A DNA stretch of 64,000 nucleotides from Escherichia phage vB_EcoP-101114BS3: the sequence record MZ234015.1; one strand, written 5' to 3'. The translations under genes and the position numbers were made by a program. This document shows, one piece after another, positions 1 through 9,208 of this stretch (positions are counted from its first letter, which is position 1; each line of letters starts with the position of its first letter). Under the pieces are notes generated by a model. That model was given only the letters and a program-made list of their open reading frames with translations. It was not told the DNA's origin and searched no databases.

Positions 1-126
1 AATGTCATACATAAAATACTTATGCACAACTTTCCAATTCTCTCGATAGAATTCATCGAAGGTTGGGTAGTACTTAATAGGTATGCCATGAATACGATAG
101 CGTGTGGGTGTTGTCTTTTTCTTCAT
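1..126 (-). CDS. hypothetical protein, partial (N-terminus in window, continues past window start)
   Basis: ATG at 126 on minus strand preceded by AAGGA; frame open to window edge ([20 protein letters not shown]...). Confidence 0.4.
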   Translation of the reverse strand, partial: MKKKTTPTRYRIHGIPIKYYPTFDEFYRENWKVVHKYFMYDI

Positions 127-150
127 AAGTCATCCTTAACTTACTTTACA

Positions 151-375
151 TTAAACTACACAGAATAAATACATTGCTGTTTCAGGGGAAGGTATGTGGT
201 CACTAGGATATCTAACCCTAATCCACTCATCATCTTCTGCTACATAATAAGCCCAATAAGACCCATTTTCATTAATAAAGAACTTGAAGGTACAACCAAA
301 GATTTGGTTATTGTGTTCCCATACTGCATGAAACTGAGTAACACCTTCTGGTATTGTAAGTTCCGCTCTGATCAT
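151..375 (-). CDS. hypothetical protein
   Basis: 74-aa ORF, 4-nt overlap with upstream gene. Confidence 0.45.
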   Translation of the reverse strand: MIRAELTIPEGVTQFHAVWEHNNQIFGCTFKFFINENGSYWAYYVAEDDEWIRVRYPSDHIPSPETAMYLFCVV

Positions 376-632
376 TGTATTCCTCTCTCCTTTAGAGCTT
401 TAAGCAAACCGTTGTGGTTAGCGGCACAGGTTGTATAAGTGTCCTGATACCACTCGAGTGTTGTTGCAAGTGCTACTCCCTGTCCACTCTGAAGTAAAGG
501 GAGGTCTACATCACATTCAGCTTTTAGGTTTGTTGGTAAGGGCATTAGCTGCCTGCTGTTGTCGCTCGTTGAACAAGCTGACATACTCATCACTAGCACA
601 CACATTGTAAAAAACTGGCTTAGTCTTTTCAT
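372..632 (-). CDS. putative o-spanin (outer-membrane lipoprotein, Rz1-like)
   Basis: Signal peptide with lipobox-like VMSMSAC, Pro-rich mature part with Cys; overlaps 3' end of i-spanin candidate in another frame. Confidence 0.5.
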   Translation of the reverse strand: MKRLSQFFTMCVLVMSMSACSTSDNSRQLMPLPTNLKAECDVDLPLLQSGQGVALATTLEWYQDTYTTCAANHNGLLKALKERGIQ

Positions 633-864
633 AATGCATCTCTTTGTAAATAGTTTCCGTGTTCTTCTTCCAGTTAGATAAACCAGTCAGAACTTTCTGA
701 GCCACTTCATCAGCAGCCTTAGCTCTCTCAACCTCAATCTCTTGCTGTTTCTTCTCATGGTCAAGAGCATTACTATCACTTCTGTATTGCTCAAACTTGA
801 CACCACCAAAGAAAATAATAGCTGTGAAAATAAGAAAGCCTATATTGTTTTGAAGCTTTTCCAT
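517..864 (-). CDS. putative i-spanin (Rz-like)
   Basis: N-terminal TM helix (IGFLIFTAIIFFGG) then charged coiled-coil region; start moved to MEKLQ. Confidence 0.5.
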   Translation of the reverse strand: MEKLQNNIGFLIFTAIIFFGGVKFEQYRSDSNALDHEKKQQEIEVERAKAADEVAQKVLTGLSNWKKNTETIYKEMHYEKTKPVFYNVCASDEYVSLFNERQQQAANALTNKPKS

Positions 865-880
865 TTTAACTCCAACGAAA
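855..880 (-). terminator. rho-independent terminator (minus strand)
   Basis: Perfect 7-bp stem AGCCACC/GGTGGCT with CGAA loop followed by U-run on minus strand; downstream of 924..1664. Confidence 0.6.
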
Positions 881-923
881 AAAGCCACCCGAAGGTGGCT
901 AAGCTATTACAAGGAGAGATTCA

Positions 924-1664
924 TTAGAAAGGGCTGTCATCTTCTTCAAAGGTAGACTGCGGCTCTTCGTTAATAGTAGGGATACTTGGAGTAGCATCTT
1001 TCTGTTCAGTATCAGAAGCTTTAGTAACTTCACGACCAGCCAGAGGGATGTTCTTAGCATCATTAGCTTGGGTCAGAAGATTACGTTGGAATGGGAAGAT
1101 TGCTTGATAAGCAGCCAAGTTAGCATCAGTCTCAGCATACGGTTCGAAGAAGATCAACTCACTACGAGGGGCACCTACAGCATCACGATATTTGGTAGGG
1201 ATTGGAGTGATACTCTTAATGGAGTTTTTCTTCTCACCAGCTTTGTTTACATAGGAATTAACCAGAATGTTAACAGGCTGACCTAGCAGCATATCTTTAA
1301 ACCAACCCAAATCACCTTTCAGTGCTTGAACACTTGGGTCGATCATTTTAATCAGATTCAGAATACCAGAGTTCTTAGCTCGTGGGTTTACGTCGAAAGT
1401 TTTAAACTGGCAAGCAGGACGAGGGTCCAGAGGTTTGCCTTCATTATCAGTCCCTGTTGCATCTACGCCAATCAGCTCAAAAGCTAAGTCCATACGGAAA
1501 GCTGGGTTCTTAGGGGTAACTGCTTTGGTCTTAGGGTCAATCCAAGGGTCACGATTGTGAACACCTAAACCTACAACACGAACAATACGTGCTTCGTACT
1601 CACCATCAGGGATTACATCGTAGTTGGATTTACGGGATACAGACAGTTCAGGGATCATAGACAT
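924..1664 (-). CDS. putative ssDNA-binding protein (acidic C-terminal tail ending in Phe)
   Basis: 246 aa; C-terminus EEPQSTFEEDDSPF resembles SSB / T7 gp2.5-type acidic tails; strong terminator after gene. Confidence 0.4.
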   Translation of the reverse strand: MSMIPELSVSRKSNYDVIPDGEYEARIVRVVGLGVHNRDPWIDPKTKAVTPKNPAFRMDLAFELIGVDATGTDNEGKPLDPRPACQFKTFDVNPRAKNSGILNLIKMIDPSVQALKGDLGWFKDMLLGQPVNILVNSYVNKAGEKKNSIKSITPIPTKYRDAVGAPRSELIFFEPYAETDANLAAYQAIFPFQRNLLTQANDAKNIPLAGREVTKASDTEQKDATPSIPTINEEPQSTFEEDDSPF

Positions 1665-2078
1665 ATTAATATTTCCTTATATAAATTTAAGATTGTTGCT
1701 CTCTTTGAGCGGTTTGTATACTATATACATTACACTTATACAGATAAGGTTCTATTATACTATAACCTTTTTGGTAGTAGATAATGACAAGTAGTAATGT
1801 ATATATGGTATAGCTAGTAAAGCTATTGCAGGCTTGTATATTGGGCAATCATTGTAACCCTTGCAAGTACCGAAGGGCAGGAGACACCTGCGAGATAAAA
1901 TAGAGAATTAAGGAAATCCTTGATTTAGGTTGTAGGGACTCCTAGGGACTTTGATTCTCTATTTAAAAGAATATTAATTACTTACTACCTAAATAATTAA
2001 CTAACTTACTTAAACCAAACTCAAGAATAATAGATAAAAAGATTATTCCTAAGAAAGCTAAAAAGTAAAGGATATAAG

Positions 2079-2699
2079 TTACCATTCAAGTAAACCTTTA
2101 AAGTTAGTTTGTTCTACTATCCTCTGATAAGGTAAGTTAGATTCTGCTTGTTTGCTTAACACCTCTTGTACTTTATCAGTAATTGAATAATCTTTTTGTA
2201 ATAAAGAAGCTACCCACTCTTTCCTACTTTCCAGTTCTTTTCTAATCTCTTGCAGAGACACAGCTCTGTAATCAATTTGTTCCATAGAAGTACAGAAGTA
2301 TCTCCAATCTCTGATAGTAGAATTATGAGTATGAGCATAGATATTATACTTTCCTCTCATTTCATCAGAGTGAATAGGAATATGAGTTACCCAAAACTCT
2401 TTGTACTTATAATCACCACTGATGTGTCTAAAGACTTTCATCATATCAGGGAGAAGTTCTAATCTGTCATGGTTTCCTAAGACAAGATGTTTCTCTCCTT
2501 TTACTTCAGCGATAATATCAAGTGCATATTTCTCAAACACCCAATCACCTGTAAAGAAAGTTTTATCACGTTTAGTAACATGGTCAAACGCTGCTAAGAT
2601 AGCTTTGTCGTGTTCTTCAATACTACTAAACTTCTTCCTAAAGTTACAGATGTTACGATGGCCTAGGTGACCATCACCTGCAAAATAAACTTCAGCCAT
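2079..2699 (-). CDS. metallophosphoesterase (calcineurin-like phosphatase family)
   Basis: Motifs GDGHLGH, GDW, GNHD, AHTH in canonical order. Confidence 0.75.
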   Translation of the reverse strand: MAEVYFAGDGHLGHRNICNFRKKFSSIEEHDKAILAAFDHVTKRDKTFFTGDWVFEKYALDIIAEVKGEKHLVLGNHDRLELLPDMMKVFRHISGDYKYKEFWVTHIPIHSDEMRGKYNIYAHTHNSTIRDWRYFCTSMEQIDYRAVSLQEIRKELESRKEWVASLLQKDYSITDKVQEVLSKQAESNLPYQRIVEQTNFKGLLEW

Positions 2700-2928
2700 T
2701 CTCGTATGTGTCCTCGTAATATGAGTAGTTGAAGGATTCAGCTTTCGTTTCAGCCTCCTCCCTATCGTCTGTTTCTAAAATAACTCTCCAGCCAAAACCC
2801 TCAGGATACTCAGCCCCTTCGTCTAGCCAGACTTTATATCGTTTAGATAGTGCAACCATCGCAGATGTAATCTCCACTGAGTGACTCTTGTAGGAGGCGA
2901 GATTGTTCATCTGACACCAGTTTGTCAA
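2692..2928 (-). CDS. small acidic protein, paralog of 3427..3642
   Basis: Shared VW(L/F)xE...GW..IL.TDD.EEAE...Y.YYE pattern; start may be internal. Confidence 0.45.
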   Translation of the reverse strand: MTNWCQMNNLASYKSHSVEITSAMVALSKRYKVWLDEGAEYPEGFGWRVILETDDREEAETKAESFNYSYYEDTYENG

Positions 2929-3046
2929 CCTCCTCTTTCAGAGCCATAAGGTCAACAAAGGTTAGTAGCTCATGCCGGTCAGCAATTATTTGGTATTTGT
3001 AATCACTGATGTGCCCTACGGTTTGTGCGACGTAAATATTAGACAT
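2843..3046 (-). CDS. hypothetical protein
   Basis: 67-aa ORF in compact minus-strand operon. Confidence 0.4.
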   Translation of the reverse strand: MSNIYVAQTVGHISDYKYQIIADRHELLTFVDLMALKEEVDKLVSDEQSRLLQESLSGDYICDGCTI

Positions 3047-3270
3047 TATAAGATCTCCCTTTGTTTAGCGTTAATGACTGACATTGCTGTGATTGGATTA
3101 TTTGTTCCGAGATACTCTAGAACAGGTGGACTGCTAACTGGTTTATCAGCCTCCACATAATTCTTAACCTTGCCACCAAGAACCGCTAGAGAAGCCTGAG
3201 CTTCCGCTTCATCATAGTGAATTCGGTCAACTGTTTTCTTTCCAATCCTATAAGTGTGAACGTAAATCAT
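3046..3270 (-). CDS. hypothetical protein
   Basis: 74-aa ORF. Confidence 0.4.
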   Translation of the reverse strand: MIYVHTYRIGKKTVDRIHYDEAEAQASLAVLGGKVKNYVEADKPVSSPPVLEYLGTNNPITAMSVINAKQREIL

Positions 3271-3473
3271 TTAACTTCCTCAATATCAACTAATTCAAAA
3301 CTTCCTATTTCTTCAAGCTTAATAATCTCTTTAACTTTCTCAACAGCTTTAATAGGGTTTTCTTCTTCTACAACTTTACACCCTGATACTTCAAGACTGC
3401 CTGTTCCACGAAGGTATAAATTCAACTTATAAACTACTTTGTAGTATCTCATCGTGCTCCCAATTTCTTTCAT
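3267..3473 (-). CDS. hypothetical protein
   Basis: 68-aa ORF, 4-nt overlap with neighbour. Confidence 0.4.
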   Translation of the reverse strand: MKEIGSTMRYYKVVYKLNLYLRGTGSLEVSGCKVVEEENPIKAVEKVKEIIKLEEIGSFELVDIEEVK

Positions 3474-3642
3474 AATATCCAGAGTTGTAGTTTAGGGCGC
3501 ATTTCTCGGCCTCTTCTATGTCGTCTGTGTTTAGGATATTAACCCAACCACCAACTTCATCAAAACCCTCTTCTACCTCATTGAACCACACGCTGTATTT
3601 CTTCATCTTGATAAGACCCTTCCCCAATCCTTGATGTAACAT
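3427..3642 (-). CDS. small acidic protein, paralog of 2692..2928
   Basis: Shared motif with 2692..2928. Confidence 0.45.
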   Translation of the reverse strand: MLHQGLGKGLIKMKKYSVWFNEVEEGFDEVGGWVNILNTDDIEEAEKCALNYNSGYYERNWEHDEILQSSL

Positions 3643-3778
3643 CGACCATCAACCCACTTGGTCTCTGATTTAAACTTTTGAGAGATTCTTGTTTCACAGT
3701 CTTCTTTACTGTAATCACCAAGAGCATCCATCACCCAAAGAAACAGAGCAATTACAATAGACCAGATTAGAAACTTCT

Positions 3779-4171
3779 TCATCGTATCACCAGAGGCTCT
3801 TCAGAGTACACAGGAGAGGTTATTTCTACCGGAGGTGCTGCTCTAAGGTCATTAAGCCTTACGCCCTTCAGCATACCATCTAGGTGGTCCATTTTAGGGA
3901 TACCTACAGGGAAGTCATCAATCCAAACATCCACAAAGAAACCCAAGCTCTGAGTGACGGAATCCTTCTGAACACCATTGCAAAAGATAACAGGAATATC
4001 TAGACTTGCTGCATCTGCTAGAAGCTCCTCATTTGAATACCCATTAGGTTGAGCAAAACGATAGGTGACAATACGTACATCATGTCCACGAGATTTCATA
4101 AGACCTACAATGTGGGTCCACATCTCTTTGTCCACTGTAAAAGTGTCATCATAATCTAAACCAATATTCAT
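3779..4171 (-). CDS. HAD-superfamily hydrolase-like protein (possible nucleotidase)
   Basis: N-terminal IGLDYDDTFT matches HAD motif I DxDxT. Confidence 0.45.
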   Translation of the reverse strand: MNIGLDYDDTFTVDKEMWTHIVGLMKSRGHDVRIVTYRFAQPNGYSNEELLADAASLDIPVIFCNGVQKDSVTQSLGFFVDVWIDDFPVGIPKMDHLDGMLKGVRLNDLRAAPPVEITSPVYSEEPLVIR

Positions 4172-4182
4172 ATTAGCCTCTT

Positions 4183-4210
4183 AGACAAGAAAAGCCACCC
4201 GAAGGTAGCT
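4183..4210 (-). terminator. terminator-like hairpin (minus strand)
   Basis: AGCCACC-CGAA-GGTAGCT stem-loop (1 mismatch) followed by U-rich tract on minus strand; same sequence family as 855..880. Confidence 0.45.
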
Positions 4211-4455
4211 TATTTATTCTGTGTTTCCAGTTCGCTGATACGAACTTTCAAACCGTTAATCTCAGCCTGAGCAGCTTCTAGTTTAATTAGAGCTTCTTCA
4301 GCGTCAGCTTCTGTTTGAAGAACCGCAGTGGTTAGTTCGTATAAAGCTTGGCGGAGAGAATCTTTTCCCATAGCATGAATCTGTGCAACAAAGAATTGCT
4401 TACCTTCCGTGGTTTCCAAAGTCTCTTTTAATTCTTTAGATGTTAAAGTCATCAT
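4210..4455 (-). CDS. hypothetical coiled-coil protein
   Basis: 81-aa ORF, helical heptad-like sequence. Confidence 0.5.
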   Translation of the reverse strand: MMTLTSKELKETLETTEGKQFFVAQIHAMGKDSLRQALYELTTAVLQTEADAEEALIKLEAAQAEINGLKVRISELETQNK

Positions 4456-4622
4456 TACTCCCTTTCATAAATTTTAAGAACTGTACCGCCATCTGCTTCA
4501 ATCTGAGCAACTACTTCATCGCGCTCTTCATCAGAATAAACCAGTTGGTTGTGAAATTTGCCTGTACTATCTTGGAAATACACATTCCATTTTGGAGCAG
4601 GTTTACGAATCAAATCCATCAT
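4449..4622 (-). CDS. small hypothetical protein (57 aa)
   Basis: Below ORF-track cutoff; AGGAG 8 nt upstream of ATGATG; stop overlaps next start. Confidence 0.35.
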
Positions 4623-4834
4623 TGATCTTTCTCCTCTCGTTCAACCCATGTATGGAAAAGCTCCCCATACACTTTGGCATCATCAAAACGTCCTTCTTCC
4701 TGTGCGAGTTTTTGTTGCTTCAAGCACCATTCAGAACTTTTTACTTCTTCCACTTCCTTGTCTCCTTAAAAAGAACTAATCAATAAGACTAGTTCATTTC
4801 ATAATACGATTCAGCTCTTCCACTGAACTAATCA

Positions 4835-5146
4835 CTACTTCTCCACCACAAAGAGGTTAACTTCAATGAAAGTTTCGTATTGTGTTGACTCCTGCTTACG
4901 GGTGTAGTAGAAATGACGACCTTCTAATGCACCTCCGTACTGAGTGGCACATCTTTTAACCATCTCTTTTATCACATCTACAACTGATTCGCCTTTCCAC
5001 GGACGTAACCCCTGAGTTGGGACTTTTGCTGTACAGGTTACTTGTGTGTAACCTACATCTTGTAGAGATATCTCAAGAATCAGCTTTGCCCAAGCATCAA
5101 AATTAAGCTTGGGGTTATATTTAACTTCAGTTTTGATATCAATCAT
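4835..5146 (-). CDS. hypothetical protein
   Basis: 103-aa ORF directly downstream of polymerase gene. Confidence 0.5.
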   Translation of the reverse strand: MIDIKTEVKYNPKLNFDAWAKLILEISLQDVGYTQVTCTAKVPTQGLRPWKGESVVDVIKEMVKRCATQYGGALEGRHFYYTRKQESTQYETFIEVNLFVVEK

Positions 5147-6993
5147 TAGTGAGTATGATTCCAGTTTAATCCAATCTTACAATCTGATGCAAGAGGACAT
5201 TCCATCTTGAGGTATTCCCCTGCTTTACGAACACATTCTTCAGTGAGGGTACGAAGTTTGTTAACATCATCACGATGTACAGTGAACTGTCCTTCATCAT
5301 GCATGTCAATAACCTTCGCACAACGAACACCATCCCGCTCAATCCATTTATTGAGGAATAGCATTGCATACTTCATAACAATCGCCCCAGCGCTCTGTAA
5401 GAGTGTATTTAAGGCTTTATGGACCATAACCTTTCCAGTTGCATCTCTTCTCATTGTAATACGACGTCCATCCACACCGTAGATATATCCACTTTGCGCT
5501 TTCTCTGTCATACGTTCAATAAGGATTGCAATACAAGGGTTCTCTGCTAAGAATCTTGCTCTCATGATAGCCCCTTCGTCAGAGCCACCACCTACAATAC
5601 TTCCTAACTTAGCGTCACCTGCCCCATAGTTAAAGGCATAGATAAACGTTTTAGCATTATCACGAGTAGGAAGGCCAGCAAGTTTTTGGTTATGTGAGTG
5701 AATATCTCCTTCTAAAAGAATATCTCTATACATAACAGCAGAAGCTAGACCACGTTCAGCTTCTCGTTTCTTAGCCGGGTTGTTTTCTCGCTCTGCTTCA
5801 GCGAGCATCTCACGACATTCTTTAATAAGGTAGTGAGCTAGCATCCTCAGCTCAAGACCAGAGCCATCGTAACCTAAGAAGATTTCACGACCAGCAGGAA
5901 CATAGAACTTATAGGCACCTACGGGTTTGTCTTTCTTGCCCGGTTTTCCCACTTCGTAGATAATGTTAGTACCCTTTCGTACGTAACACCCATCAGGGAT
6001 ATGGTTGGTAATGATGAAAGGATGGTTATGACTATCGTCTGAGGAATAGTCAGATTGAAAAAGACTGCGGCACTCGTGACCAAACAAACCGCGAGAAGGA
6101 ATATTAACAACAATGCGATGTTTAAAACGAAATGTCGGAGTAGCGCAGCTATTAGCTTCGGCGGACAACTTACCATCTTTACGTTCCTTGTCGATAAGCC
6201 CGCTAATCAAACCTAGCCTGTGAGCCGCTACAACGCGTCTCTTAAGCAAACTTCCTACACCCCCTAGCTCACCCCCAAGCCCCTCTTCAAGAGTCTCCTC
6301 AAGGTTTGTAGGGGCTGTGGGCCACTTGTTTGATGTAGCCAAAGCTTTTTTGATTTCATCAAAGGTTACAGGTTTCTTCCTATTCGGATTAAGACCTAAA
6401 CCACTGACGTAGGCTTTCATGTAGTTGACAGTGTGATAACGGAAATGTTTATCCAAAAATCTTCGGATATCAGCATCTATCATCTCCGCTGTCTGTTTCT
6501 CTTTAGCATTACCTCGAATCCAAGCAGAATACCATGCAGAGTATGTACCATACTTCTTCATAGCTCTACGGATTTCAAATGTATTCCAAGGTTTCTTAGA
6601 ATAATTCCACTCTGGAGGTATGAAGCCCTCATCCATCAAGGCTTCTTTAATACGTGCATCTTTCGATGGGTCGAAGTCTACATACTCAACGCAAGTAAAC
6701 GCCCCACCGATATCTTCTCTTTTAAGACCAACCCTATCGCAATAGAGCTGAGGCCACTTCTGTAAAGCACCTGATTTCTTAAAAGGCTTAGCATAAGTTG
6801 AACCATCCACCCGCATTTTAGGGAGGAGAGGAATCAGTTCTTTATCAATATTGACAATAATCTCTTTGAGAAGGTGAACAAACCACCGAGCGTTTCTTCT
6901 GTTGAAGTTGACTCCATGCTTCGCTTGTTTTGAGATTATATCAGCGACTGTCATCTCCGTTATGAAAGGTAACTTATCAGGGTTATCCATCAC
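5146..6993 (-). CDS. DNA polymerase, family A (polymerase domain only)
   Basis: Motif A DGSGLELRMLAH, motif B RDNAKTFIYAFNYGAG, motif C VIDMHDEGQF; no exonuclease motifs in this ORF. Confidence 0.9.
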   Translation of the reverse strand: MMDNPDKLPFITEMTVADIISKQAKHGVNFNRRNARWFVHLLKEIIVNIDKELIPLLPKMRVDGSTYAKPFKKSGALQKWPQLYCDRVGLKREDIGGAFTCVEYVDFDPSKDARIKEALMDEGFIPPEWNYSKKPWNTFEIRRAMKKYGTYSAWYSAWIRGNAKEKQTAEMIDADIRRFLDKHFRYHTVNYMKAYVSGLGLNPNRKKPVTFDEIKKALATSNKWPTAPTNLEETLEEGLGGELGGVGSLLKRRVVAAHRLGLISGLIDKERKDGKLSAEANSCATPTFRFKHRIVVNIPSRGLFGHECRSLFQSDYSSDDSHNHPFIITNHIPDGCYVRKGTNIIYEVGKPGKKDKPVGAYKFYVPAGREIFLGYDGSGLELRMLAHYLIKECREMLAEAERENNPAKKREAERGLASAVMYRDILLEGDIHSHNQKLAGLPTRDNAKTFIYAFNYGAGDAKLGSIVGGGSDEGAIMRARFLAENPCIAILIERMTEKAQSGYIYGVDGRRITMRRDATGKVMVHKALNTLLQSAGAIVMKYAMLFLNKWIERDGVRCAKVIDMHDEGQFTVHRDDVNKLRTLTEECVRKAGEYLKMECPLASDCKIGLNWNHTH

Positions 6994-7006
6994 CCACTCC
7001 TTATAG

Positions 7007-7360
7007 TTATTGGTATATTAAGTCTGTGAATGCTTGGTTGTCTTCAACAATATCTAAAGCTTCATATGAATCAGACAATTCATCCACATAAAAGACTGCT
7101 GGAATATCTTCTGCTCGCTGTCTACGAGATTCCCTTTGTTCATTGATATTTCTTTGAACCTGTGCAAGTTTCATACCCCACACCTGCTCATACAACTCTG
7201 GATATTTGTCACTAACCACTACATAATTTCGAGCTGGTTGGTTTCTATTAATCTTCGCTGTCAACTCAATAAACTGGCGAAACTCTTGAATAGAGAGGTT
7301 GTCATGAATATTATCCCATTTGAGAACGCAGTGACGTTCTAGGCATTGAGGTACTGGCAT
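7007..7360 (-). CDS. hypothetical protein
   Basis: 117-aa ORF. Confidence 0.5.
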   Translation of the reverse strand: MPVPQCLERHCVLKWDNIHDNLSIQEFRQFIELTAKINRNQPARNYVVVSDKYPELYEQVWGMKLAQVQRNINEQRESRRQRAEDIPAVFYVDELSDSYEALDIVEDNQAFTDLIYQ

Positions 7361-7363
7361 AAC

Positions 7364-7633
7364 TTACTCCACTGTCGGGAATGGTTTTAGGTTGTTCATG
7401 GCTGTACGAACATCAGCACAGATTTCAGGATCACGATAAGAGAGGAATTTACCATCCTTACCACGAATCATTACATTAGTCCGTGATGTTTTATTAGGCA
7501 ATAAAGAAATCCCTCCAATAAGATGGTTGGTAGGGTGTTGTCCTTGATTAACCTTGTAGTCATGAGTCTGAGCGTCACCATTAAAGAGATGATCACGAAT
7601 TTGGATTAAGCTAATCTTCATATTATGCACCAA
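7364..7633 (-). CDS. hypothetical protein, tandem paralog of 7623..7874
   Basis: Shared SRTNV.IRG.DGKF.S.RD and NLKPFP motifs. Confidence 0.5.
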   Translation of the reverse strand: MVHNMKISLIQIRDHLFNGDAQTHDYKVNQGQHPTNHLIGGISLLPNKTSRTNVMIRGKDGKFLSYRDPEICADVRTAMNNLKPFPTVE

Positions 7634-7874
7634 AGTTAGGGAAAGGTTTCAGATTTTCAATAGACTTAGCAATACGCTTAGGAACAGCCTTATCACGGAA
7701 GGAGATGAACTTTCCATCAGGACCACGAAGGGCTACATTAGTACGAGCTGTTGTTTTGTTAAACTGAATCATCTCAACAGAGCTTGTAACATTTTCTACA
7801 GGAAAAGTATAGCTCTCAGTTGTGTTCAGAGAAGGGAGGAAATCAGTTACAGTGATGTAAGTTACTTTAGACAT
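7623..7874 (-). CDS. hypothetical protein, tandem paralog of 7364..7633
   Basis: Start moved to MSKVTY (RBS AAGGT upstream); shared motifs with neighbour. Confidence 0.5.
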   Translation of the reverse strand: MSKVTYITVTDFLPSLNTTESYTFPVENVTSSVEMIQFNKTTARTNVALRGPDGKFISFRDKAVPKRIAKSIENLKPFPNFGA

Positions 7875-7892
7875 ATTTATTACCTTAGGTTC

Positions 7893-7925
7893 TATAAAAG
7901 AAAAGGCCACCCGAAATGGGTAGCC
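7893..7925 (-). terminator. terminator-like hairpin (minus strand)
   Basis: GGCCACCC-GAAAT-GGGTAGCC stem-loop with U-tract on minus strand. Confidence 0.45.
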
Positions 7926-7930
7926 TTATA

Positions 7931-8248
7931 TCAACTTGAGCTTAAAGCTCCTTTGCGACCGCCTGCTGATTTTCCAGCACGATCTCCACTTTTGCCGCCG
8001 TTCGAGCGATTTCGAGAGACTGATTCAACACGTAAGTTACTTGACGCATTAGAACCTCCCGACTTGATTGATCGTTTGTGTCCAACATCTTTACCTCGGA
8101 CAGCAGCTTTTCCATCGCGCTTTTCAACGATGCGACGTGCACGGTGGCGCTGAGCATCTCCGCTCTTGCTACCAACGCCGGTCTCACCCCTTGCGATTGC
8201 AGTTCTTCGTTCTTGTGCATAATCACGTTTCGCCTTATCGGTCATCAT
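7931..8248 (-). CDS. basic Arg/Lys/Gly/Ser-rich protein
   Basis: Strong RBS AAGGAG before ATGATG; preferred over overlapping alternate-frame ORF 7942..8226. Confidence 0.45.
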   Translation of the reverse strand: MMTDKAKRDYAQERRTAIARGETGVGSKSGDAQRHRARRIVEKRDGKAAVRGKDVGHKRSIKSGGSNASSNLRVESVSRNRSNGGKSGDRAGKSAGGRKGALSSS

Positions 8249-8292
8249 AACTCCTTAATATATCAGTGTACACTAAGGAGTATACATTATGT

Positions 8293-9030
8293 TTATGATT
8301 TTTCAGATTCCATTGCTTTAACAATAGCTTTACAGAAACCTGAACGAACAATATCATCCGATTCGCCATCTACTAGAGCGGCAAATTCAAATAACTGGTG
8401 ACGGTAGATGAAATCAGTAGCCCAATCAAGACCGCTCTCACCACGCATGTCGTGCTGGTTAGTGTCCCCCATGCAGAACATCTGAGAGGTTTCACCAAGA
8501 CGTGTCATGATTGAATATGCTTCATCAGGAGTAGTGTTCTGGAACTCATCAACAATCACGATAGCATCGTTGAACGAGCGACCACGTAGATATTCCAGAG
8601 GTACGAACTCAATATTACCATTACCTACTTGACATTCGTAGAAACCTTTACCGTAGCGCTGAGTAATAACATCAACGATTGGCATTAGGTATGGTTCAAA
8701 CTTCTCACGAAGCCCACCGGGAAGTAATCCAAGACTATTACCCATACCAACAGCAGGTCGGCTTAGGATAATCTTCTCAATCTTCCCACTCTTCAGAGCA
8801 TCAATCACTGTAGAAGTGATTACGAAGGTCTTACCACAACCAGCAGGAGCATCTGTGAATACAACCTGTTTGGTTTTAATTGCATCAAGCAGCTCACTCT
8901 GGAATTGGTTCTGAGGTACTACCGGCTTAGCAAGAACTACTTCTTCAAATTCCCGCTTTCCTTTCTTGGTGACGAGAGCTTCACGACGTAATTCTCTCCG
9001 TGATGCTTTCCGAGATTCTCTACGACTCAT
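8293..9030 (-). CDS. phoH: PhoH-like ATPase
   Basis: Walker A APAGCGKT and PhoH-like architecture, 245 aa. Confidence 0.85.
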   Translation of the reverse strand: MSRRESRKASRRELRREALVTKKGKREFEEVVLAKPVVPQNQFQSELLDAIKTKQVVFTDAPAGCGKTFVITSTVIDALKSGKIEKIILSRPAVGMGNSLGLLPGGLREKFEPYLMPIVDVITQRYGKGFYECQVGNGNIEFVPLEYLRGRSFNDAIVIVDEFQNTTPDEAYSIMTRLGETSQMFCMGDTNQHDMRGESGLDWATDFIYRHQLFEFAALVDGESDDIVRSGFCKAIVKAMESEKS

Positions 9031-9208
9031 TTCCTACCTCCGTGTTCTTCATATAAGAAGCTACAGGATTTACACTCTGAGCAATGGATACCTATAACCT
9101 TAATTTCGACAAACTTCTTATTCTTCCCTTTAGTCGGGGAGCCTTTGGCAAGCTCCCGTATTACTTTCGAGTCCAAATGGAGAAGAGTTGATTCACATTT
9201 AAAACATT

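Noticed and set aside
742-927. Plus-strand ORFs within the leftward arm (e.g. 742..927, 8078..8401, 25705..26088, 27766..28125, 33540..34043)
   Set aside because: They lie antisense to well-supported minus-strand genes, lack RBSs and have low-complexity translations; treated as shadow ORFs.
7942-8226. Alternate-frame ORF (94 aa) overlapping 7931..8248
   Set aside because: The overlapping frame has a strong AAGGAG RBS with ATGATG start; this ORF has no comparable signal, though its helical sequence means it cannot be fully excluded.
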